From NCBI GenBank assembly GCA_963720755.1, contig CAVRGP010000011.1:512001-576000 (forward strand): a stretch of DNA of 64,000 nucleotides, in the 5' to 3' direction. The stretch is from an uncultured Chloroflexia bacterium (lineage in GTDB: Bacteria > Chloroflexota > Limnocylindria > Limnocylindrales > CSP1-4). The notes under the pieces are model-generated. The model was given only the letters and a program-made list of their open reading frames with translations. It was not told the origin of the DNA and searched no databases. Positions 39,983 to 50,370 of this stretch are shown in pieces (positions within the stretch are counted from its first letter, which is position 1; the number at the start of each line of letters is the position of its first letter). Made by a program: the position numbers and the translations under genes.

Positions 39983-40689
39983 AGCTCCACGATCTACGAC
40001 CGGCCGAGGGTTCCCGGAAGGCGCGGACACGCGTCGGCCGCGGGATCGCCGCCGGGAAAGGCAAGACCGCGGGTCGCGGGACCAAGGGCCAGAAGGCTCG
40101 AGCCGGCGGCTCGATCCCGCCCTGGTTCGAGGGTGGCCAGACACCGCTCCACGTCCGGATCCCCAAGCTTCGCGGCTTCAAGAACCGGTTCAAGATCGAG
40201 TACGAGGTCGTCAACGTCGGCGCGATCGGCGCCCTGGCTGAGCGCGGCGCCCTGACCTTCGAGGGCGACAAGAAGGCGTCGTCCAAGGCGCCGATCACGG
40301 TCAACCAGGACATCCTCCGTGCCCTCGGTCTGGTGCGGACCCTCAACAAGCCGCTCAAGATCCTCGGCGCGGGCGAGCTATCGGTCCCGCTGTTCGTCGT
40401 CGCCGACGCGTTCACCGCGTCGGCCCGGGCGAAGATCGAGGCGGCCGGTGGGACCGTCTCGGTCCTCGAGATCCCGGCGTCCCCGCTGGCTGCGTTGGGC
40501 GTCAACGCCCCATCCGAGCCTGACGTTGCCGAGACCGAACCGGCTGTGGCCGAGGCGACCCCGGTCGCCGACAAGCCGGCCAAGGCCAAGAGCCGGTCCA
40601 AGCCGACCAAGACCAAGCCCGCCGCGACCGGCGACGACGGATCGCCACTCGCCGAGGAGGCAGAGCTGCCCTCCGGCGACGACGCCTGA
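39979..40689 (+). CDS. rplO: 50S ribosomal protein L15 with C-terminal low-complexity tail
   Basis: [36 protein letters not shown]. Confidence 0.96.
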   Translation: MKLHDLRPAEGSRKARTRVGRGIAAGKGKTAGRGTKGQKARAGGSIPPWFEGGQTPLHVRIPKLRGFKNRFKIEYEVVNVGAIGALAERGALTFEGDKKASSKAPITVNQDILRALGLVRTLNKPLKILGAGELSVPLFVVADAFTASARAKIEAAGGTVSVLEIPASPLAALGVNAPSEPDVAETEPAVAEATPVADKPAKAKSRSKPTKTKPAATGDDGSPLAEEAELPSGDDA

Positions 40690-40692
40690 CCC

Positions 40693-41973
40693 GTGTTCGA
40701 ATCGCTCCTCAACGCCTTCCGAGCGCCGGACATCCGGCGCCGGATCCTCTATGTCCTCGCGCTCCTGATCGTCTTCAGGCTGCTTGCCTCGGTGCCCATC
40801 CCGGGCGTCGACAAGGCCCAGCTGAAGGTCTTCGTGGAGGGCAATGCGCTCGCCGGACTGCTCGACCTCTTCTCGGGCGGCGGGTTGTCGCACTTCTCGG
40901 TCGTGGCACTGGGGATGAACCCGTACATCAACGCCTCGATCATCATGCAGTTGATGACGGGCGTCGTGCCCTCGCTCCAGGCCCTCAGCCGGGAAGGTGA
41001 GTTCGGCCGCAACAAGATCAACCAGTACACCCGCTATCTGACCGTCCCGATGGCGATGCTGCAGGCCTATGGCGTGCTCGCCCTGCTCAACTCGCAGAGC
41101 GTCCTGACCGGCGCGTTCGACCTGTCGAGTTTCGAGACGCTGACCCAGATCGCGACCCTCACCGCCGGCGCCATCGTCCTGATGTGGGTCGGTGAGTTGA
41201 TCACCGAACGTGGGATCGGCAACGGCATCAGCTTCATCATCTTCGCGGGCATCGTCAGCCGCGCGCCCGGCGCGCTCAACTCGTTCCGACTCAATCCGAA
41301 CATCGGGCTGGCCGTCGCTTTCGCGATCGTGGCTGTCGCCGCGGTCGGCGTGATCATCTACATCCAGGAGGGCCAGCGCCGGATCCCGATCCAGTACGCC
41401 AGCCGCGTCCGCGGACGGCGGATGTATTCGGGCGGCCAGACGTTCCTTCCGCTGCGAGTCAACCAGGCCGGCGTCATCCCGATCATCTTCGCGGTGAGCA
41501 TCCTGCTCTTCCCGCACCAGCTGGCGACCTACTTCTCGACGTCGGATATCCCGATCATCAAGGGGATCTCCGAGTTCATCGTGACGATCTTCAGCTCGAC
41601 CTCTCCGTTGTACATCGTCATGTACTTCCTGCTGACGATGGGCTTCACCTACTTCTATACCGCCTTCACGTTCAAGCCCGACGAAACGGCGGAACAGCTG
41701 CGCAAGAACGGCGGGTTCATCCCGGGGATCCGGCCGGGACGCCCGACTCAGGACTACCTCGCCAGGGTGGTGACCCGGATCACCTTCGCCGGCGCCCTCT
41801 TCCTGGCCATCGTGGCCGTCTCGCCGTCGGTCGTGGCCCTCGCGGTCCCGGACCTTGCGACGCTCGGCCTCGGCGGCACGAGCCTGCTCATCGTCGTATC
41901 CGTGGTCGTCGAGACGATGAAGCAGATCGAGGCGCAGCTGATGATGCGCAACTACGAGGGTTTCATCCGATGA
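40693..41973 (+). CDS. secY: Preprotein translocase SecY
   Basis: ALGMNPYINASII, GIGNGIS, GFIPGIRPG, GGTSLLIVV. Confidence 0.98.
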   Translation: MFESLLNAFRAPDIRRRILYVLALLIVFRLLASVPIPGVDKAQLKVFVEGNALAGLLDLFSGGGLSHFSVVALGMNPYINASIIMQLMTGVVPSLQALSREGEFGRNKINQYTRYLTVPMAMLQAYGVLALLNSQSVLTGAFDLSSFETLTQIATLTAGAIVLMWVGELITERGIGNGISFIIFAGIVSRAPGALNSFRLNPNIGLAVAFAIVAVAAVGVIIYIQEGQRRIPIQYASRVRGRRMYSGGQTFLPLRVNQAGVIPIIFAVSILLFPHQLATYFSTSDIPIIKGISEFIVTIFSSTSPLYIVMYFLLTMGFTYFYTAFTFKPDETAEQLRKNGGFIPGIRPGRPTQDYLARVVTRITFAGALFLAIVAVSPSVVALAVPDLATLGLGGTSLLIVVSVVVETMKQIEAQLMMRNYEGFIR

Positions 41974-41998
41974 CCCCAGCCGGCGTCGATCTGATCGC

Positions 41999-42658
41999 AT
42001 GACCGTCCTCGTCCTGCTCGGCGCCCCAGGGGCCGGGAAGGGCACGCAGGCGCCGGCGCTCGCCGCTCGCCTTCATGTCCCGGTCCTGGCGTCCGGTGAC
42101 CTGCTTCGGGAGGCGGTCGCCGCTGGGACGCCACTGGGCAGGGCGGCAGACCGGTACATGAGCCGCGGCCAGCTCGTGCCGGACGAGACGATCGTTCGCG
42201 TGTTCCTCGACCGCCTCGATGCGGCCGATGCGGTCGATGGAGCCATCCTCGACGGCTTTCCCCGGACCAAGGTCCAGGCCGAGGCGCTCGATATCGCGCT
42301 CGCGGAGGCCGGGCGCCGGGTCGACCTGGCCGCCTACATCGACGTCCCGACCGAGGATCTCGTCCGCCGGATGGCCGATCGGCGGATCTGCAGTGCGAAC
42401 GGCCATGTCTTCAATCTCGTGTCGAATCCGCCGACCCTCGACGGTGTCTGCGACATCGATGGATCGGAACTCGGACAGCGGACCGACGACGAGGAATCGA
42501 CGGTCCGGGCGCGGATGGCCCAACAGCTGCCGCCGTTGCTGGAGGTCGTCGAGCACTACCGCGCTCGCGGCGTCCTGACGACGGTCGACGGCGGAGCGGG
42601 GATCGACGAGGTGACCCGCGCGCTGGTCGCTGCCGTCGAGACTGCCATGGCGTCCTGA
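41999..42658 (+). CDS. adk: Adenylate kinase
   Basis: GAPGAGKGTQ, SGDLLR, LDGFPRT, LID domain. Confidence 0.96.
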   Translation: MTVLVLLGAPGAGKGTQAPALAARLHVPVLASGDLLREAVAAGTPLGRAADRYMSRGQLVPDETIVRVFLDRLDAADAVDGAILDGFPRTKVQAEALDIALAEAGRRVDLAAYIDVPTEDLVRRMADRRICSANGHVFNLVSNPPTLDGVCDIDGSELGQRTDDEESTVRARMAQQLPPLLEVVEHYRARGVLTTVDGGAGIDEVTRALVAAVETAMAS

Positions 42659-42659
42659 C

Positions 42660-43424
42660 ATGGTCACCCGCAAATCACGAGCCGAGATCGAGCAGATGCG
42701 CCGGGCTGGCCGTGTGGTCGGTGAGATCCTCGACCTTCTGGGTGCGGCCTTGCGGCCGGGCGTCTCCACGGCCGATCTCGATGCCCTTGCCGAGCGCCAC
42801 ATCCGCGCGGCTGGCGCGACACCGTCGTTCAAGGGCTACCCCGGGATCAACCCGCGCCGGCCATTCCCGGCCAGTGTGTGCATCTCGATCGACGATGAGA
42901 TCGTCCACGGCATCCCCGGCGACCGCGAGATCAGGGCCGGTCAGATCGTATCGATCGATGCCGGCGCGATCGTCGACGGCTGGCACGGCGACGCGGCTCG
43001 GACGTTCTATGTCGGTGAGCCACCCGCCAGGATCGGCACGCTGATCGATCTCACCCGCGAGGCCATGATGGCCGGCATCGCCGCGTCGATCCCGGGCAAC
43101 CACATCGACGACATCTCGGCGGCGGTCGAGGCGGTCGCCGATCGGGTCGGTCTTGGCGTCATCCGTCAGTTCGTCGGGCACGGCATCGGGACGGCCATGC
43201 ATGAGGATCCGCAGGTCCCGAACTATCGAACGGGGCGTCCGGGCCGTAAGCTCGAGCCCGGCTTGTGCCTCGCGATCGAGCCGATGTTCACGCTGGGCGG
43301 ACATGACACCCGGATCCAGCCGGACGACTGGACCGTCGTGACCGCGGACGGGTCGATGGCCGCACATTTCGAGCATTCGATCGCCATCACCGACGACGGT
43401 CCGCAGATCCTGACGGTCGCGTGA
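42660..43424 (+). CDS. map: Methionine aminopeptidase type I
   Basis: IVHGIP, DAG..GWHGDAART, GHGIG..HEDP, AIEPM, AHFEH. Confidence 0.96.
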   Translation: MVTRKSRAEIEQMRRAGRVVGEILDLLGAALRPGVSTADLDALAERHIRAAGATPSFKGYPGINPRRPFPASVCISIDDEIVHGIPGDREIRAGQIVSIDAGAIVDGWHGDAARTFYVGEPPARIGTLIDLTREAMMAGIAASIPGNHIDDISAAVEAVADRVGLGVIRQFVGHGIGTAMHEDPQVPNYRTGRPGRKLEPGLCLAIEPMFTLGGHDTRIQPDDWTVVTADGSMAAHFEHSIAITDDGPQILTVA

Positions 43425-43432
43425 CCGGACGG

Positions 43433-43461
43433 TTGCCGGGTGCGGTCATCTTTGGTACGCT
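43433..43461 (+). promoter_or_regulatory. Sigma70-type promoter for infA/alpha operon
   Basis: TTGCCG (43433-38), 17-bp spacer, TG-g-TACGCT (43453-61). Confidence 0.6.
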
Positions 43462-43525
43462 ACGCGTTCGTGTGTCGGCCCGACTGGGCCGACACTGCGC
43501 GTGAGAAAGGGAAGCACGCAAGCCT

Positions 43526-43744
43526 GTGGCCAAGCGAGACGCGATCGAAGTCGAGGGAACGGTCATCGAACCGCTCCCCAACACCATGTTCGCGGTCGAG
43601 CTGGAGAATGGCCACCGGGTGCTCGCCCACATCAGCGGCAAGCTGCGCATGAACTTCATCCGCATCCTGCCCGGTGACCGTGTCCGAGTCGAGTTGTCTC
43701 CGTACGACCTGACCCGGGGCCGGATCACCTACCGACTCAAGTGA
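43526..43744 (+). CDS. infA: Translation initiation factor IF-1
   Basis: [26 protein letters not shown]. Confidence 0.97.
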   Translation: MAKRDAIEVEGTVIEPLPNTMFAVELENGHRVLAHISGKLRMNFIRILPGDRVRVELSPYDLTRGRITYRLK

Positions 43745-43772
43745 CGCCACCACCAAGAACACCGAGGATCCG

Positions 43773-43886
43773 TTGAAAGTCAGAGCTTCCGTCAAGGCGC
43801 GCTGCGACAACTGCAAGGTCATCCGTCGCCACGGCACCGTGATGGTCATCTGCACCAACCCGAAGCACAAGCAGCGGCAGGGGTAA
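43773..43886 (+). CDS. rpmJ: 50S ribosomal protein L36 (missing from the ORF track)
   Basis: Manual translation from TTG: [37 protein letters not shown]; SD GAGG. Confidence 0.96.
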   Translation: MKVRASVKARCDNCKVIRRHGTVMVICTNPKHKQRQG

Positions 43887-43889
43887 CCG

Positions 43890-44261
43890 ATGGCACGTAT
43901 CGCCGGCGTCGACATCCCTCGCGAGAAGCGGGTGGAGGTCGCCCTCACCTACGTCTTCGGGATCGGTCTGCCGACCAGCCAGAAGATCCTCGCTCAGACC
44001 AACGTCAACCCGGACACCCGGGTGCGCGATCTGACCGAGGAGCAGGTCAATCGACTGCGCGAGCTCATCGACCGACGCTACAAGGTCGAGGGCGACTTGC
44101 GTCGCGAAGTGGCGCTCAACATCAAGCGCCTGATCGAGATCGGCTCGTATCGCGGTGTGCGCCACCGGCGCAACCTGCCGGTCCGCGGCCAGCGCACCAA
44201 GACCAACGCTCGCCAGCGTCGCGGACCGAAGAAGACGGTCGGCGTCAGGCGCAAGAAGTGA
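43890..44261 (+). CDS. rpsM: 30S ribosomal protein S13
   Basis: [22 protein letters not shown]. Confidence 0.97.
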   Translation: MARIAGVDIPREKRVEVALTYVFGIGLPTSQKILAQTNVNPDTRVRDLTEEQVNRLRELIDRRYKVEGDLRREVALNIKRLIEIGSYRGVRHRRNLPVRGQRTKTNARQRRGPKKTVGVRRKK

Positions 44262-44278
44262 CGAAGGACTGACCAGGC

Positions 44279-44674
44279 ATGGCAGAACGCAAGCGAGCGG
44301 TCAAGACACGTCGGCGTGAGAAGAAGAACGTTCCTCAGGGCCACGTTCACATCCAGGCCACATTCAACAACACGATCATCACGATCACCGACCTCAACGG
44401 GGCCGTCATCAGCTGGGGCTCCGCCGGCGTCGCCGGGTTCAAGGGGTCGCGCAAGAGCACGCCCTACGCGGCTGCGCTCTCGGCTGACGGCGCGGCCAAG
44501 CGTGCGATGGAGCACGGCATGCGCCAGGTCGAGGTCTATGTGAAGGGACCGGGCGCCGGGCGCGAGCAGGCGATCCGGTCGCTCCAGGCAGCCGGCCTCG
44601 AGGTCAGCGCCATCACCGACGTCACACCCATCCCGCACAACGGTTGCCGCCCGCCCAAGCGGCGCCGAGTCTAA
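44279..44674 (+). CDS. rpsK: 30S ribosomal protein S11
   Basis: [30 protein letters not shown]. Confidence 0.97.
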   Translation: MAERKRAVKTRRREKKNVPQGHVHIQATFNNTIITITDLNGAVISWGSAGVAGFKGSRKSTPYAAALSADGAAKRAMEHGMRQVEVYVKGPGAGREQAIRSLQAAGLEVSAITDVTPIPHNGCRPPKRRRV

Positions 44675-44688
44675 GAGTTCGAGGACCC

Positions 44689-45315
44689 ATGGCCCGTTAC
44701 ACCGGATCCGTCTGCCGCCTCTGCCGCCGCGAGGGAGCCAAGCTCTTCCTGAAAGGCAGCCGCTGCTATTCCAAGAAGTGCTCGTTCGAGCGCCGACCGA
44801 CCCCTCCCGGCCAGCACGGCGTTCGTCGCCGGAAGGTCGGTGAGTACGGTCTCCAGCTTCGGGAGAAGCAGAAGGTCCGCCGCACCTACGGCGTCCTGGA
44901 GCGACAATTCCGGAACTACTTCATCGACGCCGAGAATCAGCCGGGCGTGACCGGCGAGAACCTGCTGCGCTCGCTCGAGCTGCGGCTGGACAACGTCGTC
45001 TATCGGCTCGGCATCGCGTCGTCGCGCGCCCAGGCCCGCCATTTCGTGGGCCACGGACATTTCGCCGTCAACGGCCGCCCGACGAATATCTCCTCGTATC
45101 AACTCAAGCCCGGCGATCGGATCGAGGTTCGCGAATCCCATCGCGTCCGCGAGCCGTTCAAGATCGCAAAGGAGACCCTCCGGTCGCATCAGGCGCCGGA
45201 GTGGCTGACCATCGATGCGGCCAACCTGTCCGGGGCTGTCGTCGCGCCACCATCCCGCGACCAGATGCCGCTCGATCTCAACGAGCAGCTCGTGGTCGAG
45301 TACTACTCGAGGTAA
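44689..45315 (+). CDS. rpsD: 30S ribosomal protein S4 (Zn-binding type)
   Basis: [16 protein letters not shown]...[22 protein letters not shown]. Confidence 0.97.
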   Translation: MARYTGSVCRLCRREGAKLFLKGSRCYSKKCSFERRPTPPGQHGVRRRKVGEYGLQLREKQKVRRTYGVLERQFRNYFIDAENQPGVTGENLLRSLELRLDNVVYRLGIASSRAQARHFVGHGHFAVNGRPTNISSYQLKPGDRIEVRESHRVREPFKIAKETLRSHQAPEWLTIDAANLSGAVVAPPSRDQMPLDLNEQLVVEYYSR

Positions 45316-45324
45316 CCCGCACCC

Positions 45325-46323
45325 ATGATCGAACTCGAGAGCCCGCAGATCGAGCCCGTAGAGGAAGCCGGCACGTACGCCAAGTACGAAGCCGGGCCGC
45401 TCCAGGCCGGGTACGGCGTCACCCTCGGCAATGCCCTCCGACGGGTGCTCCTGTCGTCGCTGGAGGGTGCCGCTGTCACCAGCATCCAGATCCGCGACAT
45501 CTACCAGGAGTTCTCGACGATCCCCGGCGTCAAGGAAGACGTCACCCAGATCGTGCTGAACGTCAAGAAGCTACGCCTCAAGAGCTATGCCGGGCATCCG
45601 GTCCAGCTCCGCCTGATCAAGAGTGGGGCAGGCGCGGTGACCGCGGCCGATATCGCCGAGTCGGCCGATATCGAGATCGTCAATCCTGACCTTGTCCTGA
45701 TGACCCTCGACACGGACGACGTGACCATCGAGATGGACCTGACCGTCGAACGCGGGGTCGGTTACCTTGGCGCCGAGCGTGCGGAGGCCCTGCCGATCGG
45801 GGTCATCGCCGTGGACGCGATCTTCACGCCGGTTCGCAAGATCAACTACTGGGTCGAGAGCATGCGGGTCGGTCAGATGACCAACTACGACAAGCTCACG
45901 ATCGAGATCGAGACCGACGGGACGATCAGCCCGGAAGAGGCACTCAGCCGTTCGGCCGAGATCCTGGTCAACCAGTTCCGGCCGTTCGTGACCGTGGGCG
46001 TGCCGACGGCCCCGCCAGCTCCGGTGACCGGGGCGGCAGCCCTGCCAGCCAACATGCTGGACATGCCGATCGAAGAGCTCGATCTCCCGATGCGGGCCTA
46101 CAACTCGCTCAAGCGCAACAACATCGTCAAGGTCGGTCAGCTGCTCCAGCTGAAAGACGAGGACCTGTTGCGGATGCGCAACTTCGGCAAGAAGTCGCTC
46201 GACGAGATGAAGGAACGGCTGCGCATGCGCGGGTTCATCGTCCCCGAGACGGAGGCCGAGGGCCTCGACGACATCGATGCGCTCGAGACGGACGAGCCGT
46301 TCGAGGATGAGGCTGAGGACTGA
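45325..46323 (+). CDS. rpoA: RNA polymerase alpha subunit
   Basis: GYGVTLGNALRRVLLSS, IPGVKEDV, RAYNSLKR, NFGKKSLDE. Confidence 0.97.
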   Translation: MIELESPQIEPVEEAGTYAKYEAGPLQAGYGVTLGNALRRVLLSSLEGAAVTSIQIRDIYQEFSTIPGVKEDVTQIVLNVKKLRLKSYAGHPVQLRLIKSGAGAVTAADIAESADIEIVNPDLVLMTLDTDDVTIEMDLTVERGVGYLGAERAEALPIGVIAVDAIFTPVRKINYWVESMRVGQMTNYDKLTIEIETDGTISPEEALSRSAEILVNQFRPFVTVGVPTAPPAPVTGAAALPANMLDMPIEELDLPMRAYNSLKRNNIVKVGQLLQLKDEDLLRMRNFGKKSLDEMKERLRMRGFIVPETEAEGLDDIDALETDEPFEDEAED

Positions 46324-46325
46324 CG

Positions 46326-46679
46326 ATGGCGCATCGGATCGGCGGTCGCAAACTCAGTCGCAAGCAGGGGCCGCGTCTCAGCTTGTTCAAGAACCTCACC
46401 GTGTCGGTCATCCGCTACGAGAAGGTCAAGACGACCGAGGCGAAGGCCAAGGAGATCAGCGGGCGCGTCGAGAAGATGATCACGCTCGCCAAGCGGGGCG
46501 ACCTGTCGGCACGCCGTGCGGTCGTCTCCCAGTTTCCCAATGAGCCGCTCGTCGTCGCCAAGCTGTTCGACGAGATCGCGCCCAAGTATGCCGACCGGAC
46601 ATCGGGGTTCACCCGGATCGTCCGGCTCGGTCAGCGCCGCGGCGACGCGGCAGAGATCGTCCAGATCGAACTGGTCTGA
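46326..46679 (+). CDS. rplQ: 50S ribosomal protein L17
   Basis: KTTEAKAKE, EKMITLAK, GFTRI, RRGDAA. Confidence 0.97.
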   Translation: MAHRIGGRKLSRKQGPRLSLFKNLTVSVIRYEKVKTTEAKAKEISGRVEKMITLAKRGDLSARRAVVSQFPNEPLVVAKLFDEIAPKYADRTSGFTRIVRLGQRRGDAAEIVQIELV

Positions 46680-46735
46680 ACGCCGATAACGAAGACCCGC
46701 CGCCTCGGCGGACCCAGCCCGAGACCAACGACGGC

Positions 46736-47545
46736 ATGAGTCGCCAGAGTGGCAAGTCAAGTGTCCGAGAGGGCACACTCCGGCGCTTCCGCGCCGGAGT
46801 GGAATACGACGGAACGGACTTCGCCGGGTTCCAGGTCAACCCTGGGAAACGGACGGTCCAGGGGGTCCTGGAGGCAGCGCTGGCCCACCTCGGAAATGAG
46901 GTGGACGAACGGGTCGACGGGGCGGGCCGAACGGATGCCGGTGTCCACGCCACTGGGCAGGTGATCGCATTCACCTACCACGGGCGACTGTCGGCGACGG
47001 AGCTGGGTCGAGCGCTTGACGCGCTCCTCCCACCGGATGTCGCGGTCAAGGACATCCGACCGGCACCGGACGGGTTCAACCCTCGCTATGCGGCGCGGTA
47101 CCGGGAGTATCGCTACACCGTCTGGAACGGGCCGCGCAGTCCGCTTCGCGAGCGCACCGCGCTCGGGGTTCGGGCCCCGCTCGATACCGCCGCGATGGCG
47201 CGGGCCGGGTCGGCCTTCATCGGCCGGCACGACTTTCGCTCATTCGGGGCGGCGGGCCGAACGTCGGTCCGGACCGTGAACTCGGTCCGGGTCAGGCGAG
47301 ATGGCCGGCTCGTGACGATCGACGTCCGCGCCGATGCCTTCTTGCGCGGGATGGTCCGCCGGATGGTGGCCGCCCTCCTGGAGGTCGGTCTCGGTAGGAT
47401 GGAAGAGACAGCGGTCACGGTGGCACTGGCCACCGAGGGCCCGGCCTTTGACGGGGCATCGGCTCCGGCGAAGGGGTTATGTCTCAGGCACGTCGCCCTC
47501 GGGCGCACACCTGGGCGATCGAACGGAGATGACGAGGAACGATGA
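46736..47545 (+). CDS. truA: tRNA pseudouridine(38-40) synthase
   Basis: [34 protein letters not shown]; start uncertain. Confidence 0.93.
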   Translation: MSRQSGKSSVREGTLRRFRAGVEYDGTDFAGFQVNPGKRTVQGVLEAALAHLGNEVDERVDGAGRTDAGVHATGQVIAFTYHGRLSATELGRALDALLPPDVAVKDIRPAPDGFNPRYAARYREYRYTVWNGPRSPLRERTALGVRAPLDTAAMARAGSAFIGRHDFRSFGAAGRTSVRTVNSVRVRRDGRLVTIDVRADAFLRGMVRRMVAALLEVGLGRMEETAVTVALATEGPAFDGASAPAKGLCLRHVALGRTPGRSNGDDEER

Positions 47546-47973
47546 ACGCGAAGACCTATTCGGTCCGAGAGGGCGAGATCGAGCGACGCTGGTACGTCGT
47601 CGACGCGACGGACGAGACGCTCGGCCGCCTTGCCTCGCGCATCGCGCCGGTCCTCGAGGGCAAACACAAGCCCACCTATCAACCGAGTCTCGATTCGGGC
47701 GATCACGTGATCGTCCTCAATGCCGGCCGGATCGCCGTGACCAGCGACAAGCTCGAGACCAAGGTGTACAACCGCCACAGCGGTTATCCCCACGGGTTCA
47801 AGCAGGAGACCCTTGGTCATCTGTTGGAACGGCGACCGGAGGAAGTCATCCGACGCGCGGTCAAGGGGATGCTGCCACATAATCGACTCGGGACCCAGCA
47901 GCTCCGCAAGCTGAAGGTCTACCCCGGATCGGATCATCCGCATCAGGCCCAGCGGCCTGAGCCGCTCGCCTGA
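47542..47973 (+). CDS. rplM: 50S ribosomal protein L13
   Basis: [32 protein letters not shown]. Confidence 0.97.
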   Translation: MNAKTYSVREGEIERRWYVVDATDETLGRLASRIAPVLEGKHKPTYQPSLDSGDHVIVLNAGRIAVTSDKLETKVYNRHSGYPHGFKQETLGHLLERRPEEVIRRAVKGMLPHNRLGTQQLRKLKVYPGSDHPHQAQRPEPLA

Positions 47974-47990
47974 TCAGGAGCCTGCCGACC

Positions 47991-48389
47991 ATGACCATCC
48001 CCGCGTTCTACTCCGGAACCGGTCGCCGCAAGACGGCGATCGCCCGTGTTCGTCTTCTGCCCGGCGATGGTGAGATCGTCGTCAATGGCCGGACGATCGA
48101 CGAACACTTCGGCAACGCCATCAACGAATCCGATGTGCGGATGCCGTTCCGTGTGACCGGGACCGAAGGTCGCTACAACGTGATGGTCAAGGTGGAAGGC
48201 GGTGGCGTGACCGGCCAGGCCGGGGCGATCCGCCATGGCATCGCCCGCGCCCTGCTCGAGATCGACCCAGAGGGACACCGGCTGCCCCTCCGCCAGGCCG
48301 GCCTGCTCACCCGAGATCCGCGGATGAAGGAGCGCAAGAAGTACGGCCTCAAGCGGGCTCGCAAGGCGCCGCAGTACACCAAGCGGTAA
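47991..48389 (+). CDS. rpsI: 30S ribosomal protein S9
   Basis: [40 protein letters not shown]. Confidence 0.97.
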   Translation: MTIPAFYSGTGRRKTAIARVRLLPGDGEIVVNGRTIDEHFGNAINESDVRMPFRVTGTEGRYNVMVKVEGGGVTGQAGAIRHGIARALLEIDPEGHRLPLRQAGLLTRDPRMKERKKYGLKRARKAPQYTKR

Positions 48390-48414
48390 CGGGCGCGTCC
48401 GCCGGCCTGTCGCG

Positions 48415-49359
48415 ATGACGTCGACGTCGCTGCGGGGACGGGATCTGCTCAGCGTCGCCGACCTGTCCGCGGCAGATGTCGGGCAGGTCTTCGAGACCGC
48501 CACGACGCTCAAGTCCGAGTTCCGGGCGACTCGGCGACACGCAGACCCGCCGCTGATCGGTCGGACCCTGGCGATGCTCTTCCAGAAGCCGAGCCTGCGG
48601 ACGCGGGTGACCTTCGAGGCCGGGATGGCCCAGCTCGGGGGCCATGCCATCTACCTGACCCACGACGTCGTGCTGGGCGCGCGCGAGAGCGTCCGCGACG
48701 TCGCCCGGAACCTTGAACGGTTCGTCGACGGGATCGTCGTACGCACGGGACCCCACGAGGTAGCGGTCGAACTCGCTGCCCAGGCCGACATCCCGGTCAT
48801 CAACGGCCTGACCCTGCGGGAACACCCGTGTCAGGCGCTGGCCGACGCGTTCACCATGCGGGAACGGTTCGGTCGACTCGATGGCCTGGTCGTCGCCTTC
48901 GTGGGCGACGGGAACAATGTCTATCACTCACTGGCCCTGCTCGGCGGCGCGTTGGGCATGGAGATCCGGCTGGCGCATCCACCCGGTTACGGACCGAACG
49001 AGCGGATCGTGGCTCGAGCGACCGAAGCCGCGAGCGTGGGTGGCGGCCGTTTGAGCTTCGGCCACGACCCGGTCGAGGCCGTTCGGGGTGCATCCGTCGT
49101 CTACACCGACGCCTGGACGTCGATGGGCCAGGAGGCCGAGACCGAGGAACGGCGCGACGCGTTCGCCGGGTTCCAGGTCGACGATGCACTCCTCGACGCC
49201 GCGTCAGCGAACGCCGTCGCGATGCATTGCCTTCCCGCGCACCGAGGAGAGGAGATCACCTCGGCCGTGATGGATGGAGAGCGTACCCTGATCTGGGAGC
49301 AATCCGAGAATCGGCTCCATGTCCAGAAGGCCCTGCTGGTCGAACTGCTGCGAGGCTGA
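48415..49359 (+). CDS. argF: Ornithine carbamoyltransferase
   Basis: SLRTR, HPCQ, DAWTSMG, HCLPAHRG. Confidence 0.93.
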   Translation: MTSTSLRGRDLLSVADLSAADVGQVFETATTLKSEFRATRRHADPPLIGRTLAMLFQKPSLRTRVTFEAGMAQLGGHAIYLTHDVVLGARESVRDVARNLERFVDGIVVRTGPHEVAVELAAQADIPVINGLTLREHPCQALADAFTMRERFGRLDGLVVAFVGDGNNVYHSLALLGGALGMEIRLAHPPGYGPNERIVARATEAASVGGGRLSFGHDPVEAVRGASVVYTDAWTSMGQEAETEERRDAFAGFQVDDALLDAASANAVAMHCLPAHRGEEITSAVMDGERTLIWEQSENRLHVQKALLVELLRG

Positions 49360-49363
49360 ACGA

Positions 49364-50266
49364 ATGATGCGTGAAGCGCCGCTCGAGCTGTACAAGGAGG
49401 CGCTCAGGCGCGGCCACGTGGCCGCCCTCCAGGGGCGACTCGATGCGGCGGCGGGGGCCTATCGCGAGGCCTCTCGGATCGCCCCGGATCGCAGCTTGCC
49501 GTACGTCGGTCTCGGTGGCGTGCTGGCGCGCCTTGGCCGATCGGACGACTCGCTCAGGGCGTATGGCGCCGCTCTCGAGCGGTCTCCGGGCGATGAAGGT
49601 GCGATGCGTGGGCGGGCCGATGTCCTGATCGCGCTCGGACGCCGGGCGGAGGCCGCCGAGACACTCGATCACCTGGCCGAGACCATGGAGCGTGATAGTC
49701 GCCTGGCGGATGCCTGCGATGTGGCCAGGACGGCTCTCGAACTCGCCGAATCCCGCGGTCGGCGCCAGCACGTCGAGCGGATCGTCGCGGGACTCCGGGC
49801 CACCTCGCCCGTTGACGCGGCGGCGGCTGAAGCGCTCGCCCGCGCCGAAGGCGTGCTGGAAACGGCGCCGGGAGTCGGTGCACCGCTCACCGCCGCCCCG
49901 GCGGAGGCGCCCGACCCTGCCCGGTTGACGCTCGCCGTCGAAGAGGCGCTCGAGGCGGGAGATCTGGAGGAAGCGCGCCGACGCGCGCTCGTCGCCGCCC
50001 AGGCCCATCGAGCCGTGGGCCAATACCACGCGGCGATGGACGCGTGCTATCAGGGCCTCGCCATCGAGCCCGCGGACCCCGATATCCATCTGCTGCTTGT
50101 GGAGCTGTATCTCGACCGCGGCTGGAATGGACCCGCGGCAGACAAGCTCGTCCTGCTCGGTCGCTTGTCGAAGTTGACCGGCGACGGAGCCACACGCGGA
50201 CGGCTGTGCTATCTGGCCGCGGCCAAGTTCCCCGATGACCCGAGGCTCGCGGCCGTCTGTAGCTGA
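49364..50266 (+). CDS. Tetratricopeptide-repeat protein
   Basis: TPR-like helices (YREASRIAPD..PYVGLG, YGAALERSPGD..A, YQGLAIEPADPDIH). Confidence 0.75.
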   Translation: MMREAPLELYKEALRRGHVAALQGRLDAAAGAYREASRIAPDRSLPYVGLGGVLARLGRSDDSLRAYGAALERSPGDEGAMRGRADVLIALGRRAEAAETLDHLAETMERDSRLADACDVARTALELAESRGRRQHVERIVAGLRATSPVDAAAAEALARAEGVLETAPGVGAPLTAAPAEAPDPARLTLAVEEALEAGDLEEARRRALVAAQAHRAVGQYHAAMDACYQGLAIEPADPDIHLLLVELYLDRGWNGPAADKLVLLGRLSKLTGDGATRGRLCYLAAAKFPDDPRLAAVCS

Positions 50267-50353
50267 CGGCGCCGGCTGCGGACCGACGCATCTGCCTGGC
50301 GCGTCCACACGCGGCGATCCCCATTCGAACCGTCGAGTCGCCGGGTGGCACGA

Positions 50354-50362
50354 TGCTACACT
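50354..50362 (+). promoter_or_regulatory. Extended -10 (TGcTACACT), probable leaderless cdaA promoter
   Basis: 8 nt upstream of ATG 50371, no SD. Confidence 0.5.
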
Positions 50363-50370
50363 CGGTCTCG

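Noticed and set aside
42380-42490. Adk LID with a partial zinc motif (CSANGH...CDID)
   Set aside because: Intermediate Cys/His/Asp LID variants are common in bacterial adenylate kinases
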